Shown here: positions 33,091 through 44,517 of the stretch, piece by piece
Position numbering within the stretch: the first letter of the stretch is position 1
Layout: each line of letters opens with the position of its first letter
From: Myxococcota bacterium
Lineage (GTDB): Bacteria > Myxococcota_A > UBA9160 > UBA6930
Assembly: GCA_965223415.1 (NCBI GenBank)
Contig: OZ245002.1
Coordinates: forward strand, 1,888,001 to 1,952,000
Direction: 5' to 3'
DNA length: 64,000 nt
The notes under the pieces: model-generated
What the model was told of the DNA's origin: nothing
The model's database searches: none
Seen by the model: the letters and a program-made list of their open reading frames with translations, nothing else
Made by a program: the position numbers and the translations under genes

Positions 33091-33401
33091 TGTACGCGGT
33101 GGTGAAGACGGGCGGCAAGCAGGTGCGGGTGACCCCCGGCCAGGCCGTGCGCGTCGAGAAGCTGGCCGGCGAGGTTGGCGATGCCGTGCAGTTCGACCAG
33201 GTGCTGCTGGTGGGCGGCGAAGGCGAGCCCAAGGTTGGCACGCCGCTGGTCGATGGGGCCAAGGTGGTCGGGAAGATCACCGCCCAGGCCCGGGGACCCA
33301 AGATCACGATCTTCAAGATGAAGCGCCGCAAGGGCTACCGTCGCAAGGCGGGCCACCGGCAGGCCTACACCGAAGTCCAGGTCGAGTCGATCGACGGCTA
33401 G
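33090..33401 (+). CDS. rplU: 50S ribosomal protein L21
   Basis: [25 protein letters not shown]. Confidence 0.96.
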   Translation: MYAVVKTGGKQVRVTPGQAVRVEKLAGEVGDAVQFDQVLLVGGEGEPKVGTPLVDGAKVVGKITAQARGPKITIFKMKRRKGYRRKAGHRQAYTEVQVESIDG

Positions 33402-33415
33402 ACGGGAGAGCTCTC

Positions 33416-33670
33416 ATGTCGCACAAGAAGGGTCAGGGAAGCTCCAGGAACGGCCGCGATTCCAACGGGCAACGGCGGGGCGTGAAGCGCTTCGGCGGGC
33501 AGGCCGTGCGCGCGGGCAACATCCTGGTTCGCCAGGTGGGGACCAAGATCCACCCCGGCCAGCACGTGGGCTGCGGCAAGGACTTCACGCTCTTCGCGCT
33601 GAAGGACGGCACCGTCCACTACGGTAGGTCCAAGGGCAAGGTCATTGCCCGCGTGGAGCCGTCGAACTAA
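33416..33670 (+). CDS. rpmA: 50S ribosomal protein L27
   Basis: [23 protein letters not shown]. Confidence 0.96.
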   Translation: MSHKKGQGSSRNGRDSNGQRRGVKRFGGQAVRAGNILVRQVGTKIHPGQHVGCGKDFTLFALKDGTVHYGRSKGKVIARVEPSN

Positions 33671-35876
<2,206 letters not shown>

Positions 35877-35912
35877 CGAGAGACCCACGAGAGACGGGCG
35901 AGAGAGAGTCCC

Positions 35913-37169
35913 ATGGAGCTCGAGCGAGAAGTCGAAGCCATCTGTCAACGGGCCCAGGCGGCAGGTCGCATCGTGGCGGCCCTGCCGACGAGCACGAAGG
36001 ACGCCTGGCTGAAGCGCGCCGCGGAGCGCCTGGAGCCCGCCCGGGAAGCCATCCTCGAGGCGAACCGCCGCGACATCGCCGAGGCGGAGGCCATGGGCCT
36101 CGAGGCGCCGATGGTGCGCCGGCTCTCCCTCGGCGACGGCAAGTGGGAGAGCATGATCGACGGGCTGCGGCAGGTGGCGAGCCTGCCGGATCCCGTCGGC
36201 GAGATCAGTGACATGAAGGTGCGCCCGAACGGCCTGCGGGTGGGACGCATGCGCATCCCCCTGGGCGTGATCGGCATGATCTACGAGTCGCGCCCCAACG
36301 TGACCGTGGACGCGGCGGCCCTGTGCGTGAAGGCGGGGAACGCAGTGATCCTGCGCGGCGGCTCGGAAGCGTTCCACTCCAACCAGGCGCTGGGCGAGCA
36401 GCTACGGCTCGCGGCCGACGACGTGGGGCTCCCCGGCGACGCGATCCAGGTCATGCCCACGACGGATCGCGTGGCGATCGATCACCTGCTGAAGATGGAC
36501 CGCTACGTCGACCTGATGATCCCCCGCGGCGGCTACACGCTCATCCGAAAGGTGATGCGGGAGAGCTCGATCCCCGTCCTCGCCCACGACGAGGGCATCT
36601 GCCACGTCTACCTCGACGCCAGCGCCGACGTGGAGATGTCCGCCGCGATCGTGCGCGATTCCAAGATCCGCCAGATGGCGGTGTGCAACGCGCTGGATAC
36701 GCTGCTCTGCCATCGCGAAGCCGCACGGCGCGTGCTTCCGGAGGTGCTGAAGCGCCTGCACGAGGAAGGCATCCAGATCCGCGGCTGCGAAACCACGTGC
36801 GAGGTTTTCGCCGAGGCCGTGCCCGCGGCGGAGGCCGATTGGGGCGCCGAGTTCCTCGACAAGATCCTCGCTGTGAAGGTCGTGGACGACCTCGATGTCG
36901 CGGTGACGCACGTGCAGCGCTTCGGGTCCGAGCACACCGACGTGATCGTGACCGACGACTACGCCGCCTCCCAGGAGTGGGTGCGGCGCGTCAACTCCTC
37001 GACGGTCGGCGTGAACTGCTCCACCGCCTTCTCCGACGGCTACCGCCTCGGGCTCGGCGCCGAGATCGGCGTCTCCACCTCCAAGCTTCACGCCTTCGGA
37101 CCGATGGGGCTCGAAGGGCTCACGACCCGCAAGTTCGTGCTCTTCGGGGACGGCCAGCTCCGTGAATGA
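35913..37169 (+). CDS. proA: Glutamate-5-semialdehyde dehydrogenase
   Basis: IYESRPNVT, LRGGSEA, VCNALDT, GLGAEIGVSTSKLHAFGP. Confidence 0.95.
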   Translation: MELEREVEAICQRAQAAGRIVAALPTSTKDAWLKRAAERLEPAREAILEANRRDIAEAEAMGLEAPMVRRLSLGDGKWESMIDGLRQVASLPDPVGEISDMKVRPNGLRVGRMRIPLGVIGMIYESRPNVTVDAAALCVKAGNAVILRGGSEAFHSNQALGEQLRLAADDVGLPGDAIQVMPTTDRVAIDHLLKMDRYVDLMIPRGGYTLIRKVMRESSIPVLAHDEGICHVYLDASADVEMSAAIVRDSKIRQMAVCNALDTLLCHREAARRVLPEVLKRLHEEGIQIRGCETTCEVFAEAVPAAEADWGAEFLDKILAVKVVDDLDVAVTHVQRFGSEHTDVIVTDDYAASQEWVRRVNSSTVGVNCSTAFSDGYRLGLGAEIGVSTSKLHAFGPMGLEGLTTRKFVLFGDGQLRE

Positions 37170-37178
37170 GCAGACGCC

Positions 37179-37844
37179 CTGAGCGAGCTCGTCGGGATCT
37201 TCGGGGGCACCTTCAACCCCGTCCACGTGGGGCACCTGCGGGCGGCGGAGGAGGTGGCCGAGGCCCTCGGCCTGGCCCGTGTGCTCTTCGTGCCCGCCGC
37301 GGACCCGCCCCTCAAGCGCGGCGACGGTCAGGCGTTGGCGACGGCCCTGGACCGCTTCCGCTGGGTGGAGGCGTCGATCGCCGACAACTCGCGCTTCGGG
37401 ATCTCGCCGGTCGAGCTGGACCGGGAGGGCCCCTCCTACCTGGTCGACACCCTGCGCCTGCTCCGCGCCGAGCTCGCGCCGGCGCAGCTCGTCTTCATCG
37501 TGGGCCAGGACGCGTTCGCGGAGCTCGACGCCTGGCGTGCGCCGGAGGCGCTGCCTACCCTCGCCCACTTCGCGGTGGTGACCCGGCCGCCCGGAGGTGG
37601 CCGTCTCGCCGATTGGCTCCCGGCCTCCCTGGTCGGGGCCGTGGAGCTCGACCCGAACGGTCAGCACGCCCGGCACGAGTCGGCCGGAACCTGGATCCGC
37701 CGCGTACCGATCTCTGCCTTCGACGTCTCGGCGACGGACGTGCGCCGGCGGCTCCGCGAGGGCCGGTCCATCCGCTACCTCGTTCCCGAGGCCGCCCGGG
37801 AGGCCATCGAGAAGTGCGACACCTACGTGAGCCCGACGACGTGA
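37179..37844 (+). CDS. nadD: Nicotinate-nucleotide adenylyltransferase (start codon anomalous)
   Basis: GIFGGTFNPVHVGH, GPSYLVDTL, GQD, VSATDVR; no in-frame ATG/GTG before the HxGH motif. Confidence 0.88.
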   Translation: MSELVGIFGGTFNPVHVGHLRAAEEVAEALGLARVLFVPAADPPLKRGDGQALATALDRFRWVEASIADNSRFGISPVELDREGPSYLVDTLRLLRAELAPAQLVFIVGQDAFAELDAWRAPEALPTLAHFAVVTRPPGGGRLADWLPASLVGAVELDPNGQHARHESAGTWIRRVPISAFDVSATDVRRRLREGRSIRYLVPEAAREAIEKCDTYVSPTT

Positions 37845-38224
37845 GCGACGCCGCCCCCGACCCGAGCGCCGAGGAGCGCGTGCGCCGGCTCGCCGAGGTC
37901 GCCCTGGAGCGCAAGGCCCAGAACGCGGTGGCCCTCGACGTGCGCGAGCTCACCTCCTTCGCCGATGCCTTCCTGCTGCTCACCGGCACGTCGGACCGAC
38001 ACGTGCGCTCGGTGGCCGATGCGGTGATCCAAGCGGCCAAGGCCGACGGCCGGAAGCCCCTGGGCATCGAGGGACAGGACGAGGGCCGCTGGATCCTGGT
38101 CGACCTGGGGGACGTGGTGGTGCACATCTTCCTGGGTGAGGTTCGCGAGTACTACGACCTGGACCGGCTGTGGGAGGACGCGGAGCCGATCGAGCTCCCC
38201 GGCGGAGGCGACGCGGCGGCCTGA
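37841..38224 (+). CDS. rsfS: Ribosome silencing factor
   Basis: ERKAQ..LDV, SDRHVRSVAD, WILVDLGDVVVHIF, YYDLDRLW. Confidence 0.93.
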   Translation: MSDAAPDPSAEERVRRLAEVALERKAQNAVALDVRELTSFADAFLLLTGTSDRHVRSVADAVIQAAKADGRKPLGIEGQDEGRWILVDLGDVVVHIFLGEVREYYDLDRLWEDAEPIELPGGGDAAA

Positions 38225-38261
38225 TCGGTAGGCTCGGGGGGCCCGGTCCCCGGAGCGCCAC

Positions 38262-38966
38262 GTGACGCCCCTCGCCTGGCTCCGCGCCGGCCTGGCGGTG
38301 CTGCTGCCGGACGCCTGTGCGAGCTGTGGCCGGGCCGTCCCGGCGCCGCCCTTCTGCGGGCGCTGCGCGCCGGCGCCGGCCCCGCCGATCCCGCTGCCGC
38401 CGCCCCGACCCCTGGCCGCCTGGACGGCCGCGGTCGCCTACACCGGAGAGTGGCGGCTCTGGATCCAGCGCTTCAAGTACCCGGAGCCCGGCCTGCGCGG
38501 CCTCGATCCGGCCGCCGACGCGGTCGTCCTCGGGCTGGTCCGCGCGGCCGCCCGCTCCGCCCCCGACGGGCTCGCGCCGGACCTCGTCGTGCCGGTTCCC
38601 CTCCACCGGACCAGACGCCGCCGGCGGGGCTTCGACCAGGCGGCGCTCCTCGCCCGCAGCGTCGCCCGGGAGGTGGACGCTCCGGCCTCCTCCCGCGCCC
38701 TGCTGCGCTGCCGCGACACGCCGCGGCAGGTCGGCCTCTCCCGCCGCGAGCGCCGCCGCAACGTGCAGGGCGCCTTCGCGGCCCGGGGCCCGCTGCCGCC
38801 CTGCGTCTGGCTGGTCGACGACGTCGCCACCACCGGCGCGACCCTGGCGGAAGCCGCGCGCGCCCTGCGCCGGGCCGGCGCCCGCCGGGTCGTCGCCATC
38901 TGCGCCGCCCACACGCCCCCGGGCGCAAGCGACGTCCCGATTGAAAGCCCCCGATCGAGCGGCTAA
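38262..38966 (+). CDS. ComF family protein
   Basis: CASC/CGRC zinc ribbon, VPVPLH, RGFDQA, LVDDVATTGATL. Confidence 0.88.
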   Translation: MTPLAWLRAGLAVLLPDACASCGRAVPAPPFCGRCAPAPAPPIPLPPPRPLAAWTAAVAYTGEWRLWIQRFKYPEPGLRGLDPAADAVVLGLVRAAARSAPDGLAPDLVVPVPLHRTRRRRRGFDQAALLARSVAREVDAPASSRALLRCRDTPRQVGLSRRERRRNVQGAFAARGPLPPCVWLVDDVATTGATLAEAARALRRAGARRVVAICAAHTPPGASDVPIESPRSSG

Positions 38967-38977
38967 ACACCGCCGCC

Positions 38978-39160
38978 ATGGCGACGATCAAGCAGGCCCT
39001 GACCCTGAAGCACCAGGCCAACCTCGGCGAAGAGGTCGAGGACGTGGAGCTCACCGCCGGTGAGGCCGTGACCGTGCTCAAGACCTGGGCGAACAGCTAC
39101 CTGATCAAGAACGACGGGGGCCTGCTGTTCAACGTGCCCAAGGACCAGGTCGAGGAGTAG
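38978..39160 (+). CDS. Small SH3-like hypothetical protein (60 aa)
   Basis: Typical codon usage; LTAGEAVTVLKTW..SYLIK..G; own promoter-like TTGAAA-N17-TAAACA. Confidence 0.65.
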   Translation: MATIKQALTLKHQANLGEEVEDVELTAGEAVTVLKTWANSYLIKNDGGLLFNVPKDQVEE

Positions 39161-39255
39161 TGAGACAAGGGGACGTTCCTGACTGTCTCACTCCCCGAAG
39201 ACCGCTGGAGCGGACCGCTGGGAGTGAGACAGTCAGGAACGTCCCCTTGTCTCAC
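39160..39255. repeat. REP-like doublet: perfect 36 bp inverted arms, 24 nt spacer
   Basis: gtgagacaaggggacgttcctgactgtctcactccc and its reverse complement; second family copy at 58991. Confidence 0.92.
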
Positions 39256-40312
39256 CGACCGCTTCGAGGATGGTCATCCGGAGCTTGTCCGGGTCCACTG
39301 GCTTCTTGAAGAGCACCGCCCCGAGTCCTTCGACGCGGCTGCGCTTGATGATGTGGTCCTTGTCGTAGTGGAAGGCGGTCATCATCAGCACGGGCAGGCC
39401 CGGGTGCTTCTCCTGGATGGCCTTGAACAGCTCGTAGCCGTCCATGTTCGGCATCACCACGTCGGACAACACGACGTCGAAGGAGCCCTCGTCGATGGCC
39501 GCCAGCGCCTGCTCACCGTCGCTGGCGGTGGTCACCTGGCAGCCGTCGTGGGTGAGGATCTCCTTCAGGCTGTGGGTGATGCCGCCGTCGTCGTCGGCCA
39601 CCAGGATGCGCAGGCCTTCGAGGGCGGCCACCGGGGCCGCCTCCCGCTCGGCCCGCTGACGCAGGTCCACCATGCGCGCGGGGCCGATGTAGCCGGTGGT
39701 CTCGTAGGTGTCGTCCTTCACCATCTCGCCGAGGCGTTCGACGATTTCGGAGATGCGTGAGATCTCGCGGCGGATCGCGTCGAGGCGCTCGTTCTCGACG
39801 GAGATGTCGCGCTCGTCCGCCAGCTCCTCCACGTCCCGCTCGAGGAGCGTGGCCTGGTTCAGGATCACGTTCAGCGGGTTGTTGATCTCGTGGGAGAGGC
39901 CGATCGCCACCTCGCCGAGGGTGGCGAGCTGGTCCTTGTGCAGGATCTCCCGCAGGTCCTTCGCGAAGCCGATGGTCCCGTCCTCCTCGCCGGCCTCGTC
40001 GCGGAGGATCGTGCCCGAGATGGCCACCGGGATGCGCTCGCCGCTCTTCGCCAGGAAGGTCGTCTGGAAGGTGTCGACCACGTCCTTGCCGCCCCAGTCG
40101 GCGTCGCGCATGGCGTGCATGACCTTCTTCGCCTCTTCGAGGTCGGAATAGAGGCGGCCGACGAACGTGCCCAGCACCTCCCCGCTCTCGTAGCCCAGCA
40201 CCTTCTCGGCCCCGTCGTTGAAGTAGATGACGTTGCCCTTGCGATCGGTGCCGACGATGCTGTCGGGCGACCGTTCGACCAGCTGCTCGAGACGCTCCCG
40301 GGTGAGGGCCAT
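39233..40312 (-). CDS. PAS-HisKA-receiver protein without an ATPase domain
   Basis: PAS (YFNDGAEKVLGY), H-box SHEINNPL, receiver ILVADD..LSDVVMPNMDG..KP. Confidence 0.85.
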   Translation of the reverse strand: MALTRERLEQLVERSPDSIVGTDRKGNVIYFNDGAEKVLGYESGEVLGTFVGRLYSDLEEAKKVMHAMRDADWGGKDVVDTFQTTFLAKSGERIPVAISGTILRDEAGEEDGTIGFAKDLREILHKDQLATLGEVAIGLSHEINNPLNVILNQATLLERDVEELADERDISVENERLDAIRREISRISEIVERLGEMVKDDTYETTGYIGPARMVDLRQRAEREAAPVAALEGLRILVADDDGGITHSLKEILTHDGCQVTTASDGEQALAAIDEGSFDVVLSDVVMPNMDGYELFKAIQEKHPGLPVLMMTAFHYDKDHIIKRSRVEGLGAVLFKKPVDPDKLRMTILEAVGETRGRS

Positions 40313-40330
40313 GGGGCTCCCTGGCGGACG

Positions 40331-41269
40331 CTAGTCCGCCTCCTGCTCGGCCAACCACCGCTCGGAATCGATCGCGGCCATGCATCCGGTTCCGGCGGCG
40401 GTGACGGCCTGGCGGTAGGTCGGGTCCATCGCGTCGCCGCAGGCGAAGACACCCTCCACGTTCGTCCGGCTGGAGCCGGGCTCCACCTTGATGTAGCCGG
40501 TGTCGTCGAGCTCGAGCTGTCCGCGAAGGCGATCAGTGTTCGGCTTGTGGCCGATGGCGATGAAGAGCGCCTCCACCGGGAGATCGCGCAGCTCGCCGGT
40601 GTGGACGTCCTTGATGCGCACGCCGGTCACGAACTCCTCGCCGAGCACCTCCTCGACGACCGCATTCCAGGCGAACTCGATCTTCTCGTGCTTCGTCGCC
40701 CGATCCGCCATGATCTTCGAGGCCCGCAGCTCGTCCCGCCGGTGGATCACCGTCACCTTCGGCGCGAAGCGGGTGAGGAAGAGCGCCTCCTCCATGGCGG
40801 TGTCGCCACCACCGACCACCGCCATCGCCTTGTCCCGGTAGAGGGCGCCGTCGCAGGTGGCGCAGGCCGAGACGCCGCGGTTCGTGAGCCGCTCCTCCGA
40901 GGGCAGGCCGAGCCAACGGGCCGAGGCGCCGGTGGCGAGGATGAGGGCGTCGGCGGTGAGCTTCCGTTCCTCGGTCTCGACCCGGAACGGCCGCTCGGAA
41001 AGGTCGATCTCAGTGGCGTCCTCGAAGTGGATGCGCGTGCCGAAGCGCTCCGCCTGCTTCTGGAACATGTCCATCATGTCCGGGCCGCTGACGCCTTCGG
41101 GAAAGCCCGGGTAGTTCTCCACGTCGGTGGTGAGCATGAGCTGGCCGCCGAACTGGAGGCCCGCCAGCATCACGGGCTCGAGCTCGGCCCGGGCCGCGTA
41201 GATGGCCGCGGTATAGCCCGCCGGCCCGCTTCCGATGATCAGCACCTTCACGTGCTGCGCGTCGCTCAC
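40331..41269 (-). CDS. trxB: Thioredoxin reductase
   Basis: IIGSGPAG, VENYPGF, CATC, GGGDTA, YRQAVTAAG. Confidence 0.96.
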   Translation of the reverse strand: MSDAQHVKVLIIGSGPAGYTAAIYAARAELEPVMLAGLQFGGQLMLTTDVENYPGFPEGVSGPDMMDMFQKQAERFGTRIHFEDATEIDLSERPFRVETEERKLTADALILATGASARWLGLPSEERLTNRGVSACATCDGALYRDKAMAVVGGGDTAMEEALFLTRFAPKVTVIHRRDELRASKIMADRATKHEKIEFAWNAVVEEVLGEEFVTGVRIKDVHTGELRDLPVEALFIAIGHKPNTDRLRGQLELDDTGYIKVEPGSSRTNVEGVFACGDAMDPTYRQAVTAAGTGCMAAIDSERWLAEQEAD

Positions 41270-41300
41270 GCCGCACCCTCCTCGTCCGGCTGCGAGCCGC

Positions 41301-41567
41301 TCACGCCGCACCCTCCTCGGCGAGCAGGGCGTCCAGCTCTCCGCGGCGCTCCAGCTCGGCCATGTCGTCGTAGCCGCCCACGTGGACCTCGCCAACGAAG
41401 ATCTGGGGGACGGAGGTTCGCTTGGCCCGCTGCAGCATCTCGTCCTCGCGCCGAGGATCGGCCTCGATGTCGTGCTCCACGAAGGTCTGCCCCTTCTGCT
41501 CGAGCAGGGCCTTGGCCCGGTGGCAATAGCCGCACCAGGAGCGCGTGTACATGACGATCTCGGCCAT
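41301..41567 (-). CDS. grxC: Glutaredoxin 3
   Basis: CGYC, SVPQIF, GGYDD. Confidence 0.9.
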   Translation of the reverse strand: MAEIVMYTRSWCGYCHRAKALLEQKGQTFVEHDIEADPRREDEMLQRAKRTSVPQIFVGEVHVGGYDDMAELERRGELDALLAEEGAA

Positions 41568-41639
41568 CGATCCTCCGGGCCTCCCGGCCCCCGACGAATG
41601 AGAGAGGGTACCGATTGAGGTGCGGGAGCCGCTAGACGC

Positions 41640-43349
41640 CTAGAGGGGCTCCGTGAAGGGGGCGTCCTCCCACAGGAGCTGCAGGAAGGTCCCGATGAAG
41701 AAGGCCATGAAGCTCATCAGCAGGACGGCGGTGGGGAAGGCGTAGAGGGGCCCCAGGCCCAGCACCCGAGGCAGCTCGCCGACGAAGGGGGTGAGGGTGT
41801 GGGCGAGGACCTCGATGGGGGTTCCACCCAGGTCCGGGCCCCAGTTGCGGGCCGCCATCAGCGGGCCGAGCAGGCTCGTCACCATCAGGCCGAAGCCGGC
41901 GGATTCGACGATGCCGAGCAGGAAGATCGCCCGAGCCCGCGCGAAGGCCTCCGGCGGGTCCCCCAACCGGCGCTGCACCTCGACGTAGATGTAGAGCAGC
42001 GTCGTCGTGCCGAGCAGAGCGATGGTCGAGAGGATGTAGACGGGAGACTGCTGGGCGAGGTCCCAGACCTCGTCGATCAGGAAGACGGGCAGGTAGCCGA
42101 CGATGATGCCGGCGCCGATGCGGGGCACCGAAGCGTGGAAGAGGGTGAGGTCCTTGCGCCACATGAAGCGGTAGGCGAGGAACCAGAGCGCTGCGAGCAG
42201 CACGATCGCGACCTCAGCCGACACGAGCACGTCGAACACCCGCGGCCAACGGGTGTAGGCGAAGATGCTCGCCACGAACGGCAGCGCCGGCAGCGCCAGC
42301 GCCAGGGCGTAGTTGCGCGGGCGGTGGCGGGAGAGCACCCGCTCGCCGTCCTCGTCGCCGCGCCGCAGGGCGTCGGCGTGGTAGAGCATGGCCGCCGCGT
42401 GATGGATATCGTACTGGCGCAGGAACCAGTGCTCGAGGCGCTTCAGGATGCGCTGGCTGTCCCGCCCCTGCCGTCGCAGGAAGGGCGTGAGGTCGCGGCC
42501 GCGATCGAGCTCGCGGGCGCCGCCCTGGCTGATCGCCAGGAGCACCTCGGTCTCGCGATCCTCGAAGGGAGAGGCGGTGCTCTCGAAGGCCCGGTTGTCC
42601 TCGTCGAGACAGACCTCGTCCAGCCAGCGGGTGAACGCTCGCTCGGCCGCGCCCACCAGCTGCGGATCGATCTCGTCGGCCTGGCCGGAGGCCAGGGCGT
42701 AGAAGAAGGACGTGTCGTAGGGGTCGGCGGAGCGGGTGGGATCCGCCGTTCCGGCGCGGTAGCTCTCCAGGAACCCGGGCCGGACCCGGGCCTCCATCAC
42801 GGTGAGGAGCGAGCGCCAGACGAGCTTGCGCCAGTGGAAGCGGGCGAGGCGCAGCCGCGGGTGATCCACCAGGGCCTTGTCGTGGATGAAGCGCAGCACG
42901 ACCTGCCCGAACACGGCCACGTCCTCGCTCGCTCGAAGGAGCGGCGCCGAGCTCTCGCCCTCCCCGAGTCGCTCGAGGAGTGCCGCCAGGCTGGCGGGCA
43001 GGACGGCGAGGAGCTGCAGCACCAGCTCTTCGGCGTCGCGCTTGCCCGCCCGACTCCCGAGCAGCCCGGGCTGGGACCACAGGTCTTCGAGCCGCAGGTA
43101 GAGCTCGGCCGGATCGTGGCGATCGGCGTGGAACGAGAAGGTCTCGGGAAAGACGTTGCCGAAGCCGTCGCCCGTATCGCGCTCGAAGCGAACCTCCCGC
43201 GCATGGAACGCGTAGGTGCAGCGATACACCGTCCGCAGCCGCTCGATCCGGAACTCGAGGCGCGGGATGGCGGGGCGAGGGGGGCTCGCCGAGCCGCTCG
43301 GCACCTCGTCGGAGGGCGAATTGCTTCGGGTTCGCTCCGGTTCGCTCAA
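41640..43349 (-). CDS. Hypothetical protein: soluble N-terminal domain and about 6 C-terminal TM helices
   Basis: Typical codon usage; TTG start overlaps the upstream stop; hydrophobic C-terminus. Confidence 0.7.
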   Translation of the reverse strand: MSEPERTRSNSPSDEVPSGSASPPRPAIPRLEFRIERLRTVYRCTYAFHAREVRFERDTGDGFGNVFPETFSFHADRHDPAELYLRLEDLWSQPGLLGSRAGKRDAEELVLQLLAVLPASLAALLERLGEGESSAPLLRASEDVAVFGQVVLRFIHDKALVDHPRLRLARFHWRKLVWRSLLTVMEARVRPGFLESYRAGTADPTRSADPYDTSFFYALASGQADEIDPQLVGAAERAFTRWLDEVCLDEDNRAFESTASPFEDRETEVLLAISQGGARELDRGRDLTPFLRRQGRDSQRILKRLEHWFLRQYDIHHAAAMLYHADALRRGDEDGERVLSRHRPRNYALALALPALPFVASIFAYTRWPRVFDVLVSAEVAIVLLAALWFLAYRFMWRKDLTLFHASVPRIGAGIIVGYLPVFLIDEVWDLAQQSPVYILSTIALLGTTTLLYIYVEVQRRLGDPPEAFARARAIFLLGIVESAGFGLMVTSLLGPLMAARNWGPDLGGTPIEVLAHTLTPFVGELPRVLGLGPLYAFPTAVLLMSFMAFFIGTFLQLLWEDAPFTEPL

Positions 43350-44488
43350 AGGACGGGCTGCTTCGGGTTCTCTCCGGTCTCGTAGTAGGCCTCCACGCGC
43401 TGGGCGAGCTCGCGCACGCGGACCGGAAGACGATCGGGGCTCGGCCAGCGAGAGGTAGCGACGCGCATCCGATCCACGAGCGGCTGCGCCTCCGGGAAGT
43501 CCTCCCTGGCGAGGGAATCGTCGACGGCCAGCCAGTACTCGATGGCGGTGAGGGTGCGCGAGGTGCGCTCGACGAGCTCGCTCATGCCGGGGGAGGCCAC
43601 CCCGGTGCCCTTCACCTGCTCCGCCAGCTGGCCGAGATCCTGGCGCGCCTGGGCTAGCGGCGCGCGCAGCTCTCCGTCGGTTCCGGCGAGGCACTCGATG
43701 ATCTCCTCGAAGCGCCGCTTCAGGGGCTCGTGCGAGATCTCGCGGCCGAGGATCACCTGGCCGAGCTCGCGGCCGTCGGGACTGAGCAGCGGATGCATCG
43801 CGACGCGCAGCTTGACGCCGTCGCCGCTCGGCAGGTCCACCTCCTCGTAGCTCACGTCCTCGTCCTGACGGATGCGGATGGCCGCCCCGCCGATCTTCTG
43901 GAGCGCCTCGGCGCCGAGCACGTCGTCCAGGGCCCGCCCGCGCGGATCGCCCGCGATCGCGAGGTACTCCCGGGCCGGCGCGTTCACCGCGCGTACGACG
44001 CCGTGAGCGTCCACCGCGAGGGCGCCGGTATCGAGCTGATCCATCACCGCCTGCAGGAAGGCGTTCGAATCGCGCAGGTCGCTGACCAGCCGCTCGTTCT
44101 CCTCGGCGAGCGCGTGGTGCTCCACCGCGCGCCGCACCACCTGCTTGAGGTCGTCGGGCTCCCAGGGCTTCGTGATGTAGGCGTAGACGTGGCCGTCGTT
44201 GATCGCGCGGATGATCGCGTCCATGTCCGCGAAGCCGGTGAGGATGATCCGCACCGTGGTCGGATGCCGCTCGAAGACCTTGGCCAGGAACTCGACCCCG
44301 GTCATCTCGGGCATGCGCTGGTCGGAGATGACGGCGGCGACGCCGCCCCCCTGCTCGAGCATCTCCAGTGCCTTCACCGCCGACGTGCTGGTGAGGACGT
44401 CGTAGTCCTCCTCGAAGGTGAAGCTCATCGTCTCGAGGATGGCCTCTTCGTCGTCGACGATGAGGATGCGAGCACGGTCGGTTTGCAT
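43346..44488 (-). CDS. Response regulator receiver + PAS-like domain protein
   Basis: ILIVDDE, ISDQRMPEMTG, AINDGHVYAYITKPW; PAS-like GALAVD..G..VN. Confidence 0.85.
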   Translation of the reverse strand: MQTDRARILIVDDEEAILETMSFTFEEDYDVLTSTSAVKALEMLEQGGGVAAVISDQRMPEMTGVEFLAKVFERHPTTVRIILTGFADMDAIIRAINDGHVYAYITKPWEPDDLKQVVRRAVEHHALAEENERLVSDLRDSNAFLQAVMDQLDTGALAVDAHGVVRAVNAPAREYLAIAGDPRGRALDDVLGAEALQKIGGAAIRIRQDEDVSYEEVDLPSGDGVKLRVAMHPLLSPDGRELGQVILGREISHEPLKRRFEEIIECLAGTDGELRAPLAQARQDLGQLAEQVKGTGVASPGMSELVERTSRTLTAIEYWLAVDDSLAREDFPEAQPLVDRMRVATSRWPSPDRLPVRVRELAQRVEAYYETGENPKQPVL

Positions 44489-44517
44489 CGCGGGGGGAGG
44501 GTAGCTGCCCTGATGGG

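Noticed and set aside
37167..37230. proA TGA as a selenocysteine codon
   Set aside because: It falls at the normal ProA C-terminus, not at a conserved Cys position, and I see no convincing SECIS hairpin
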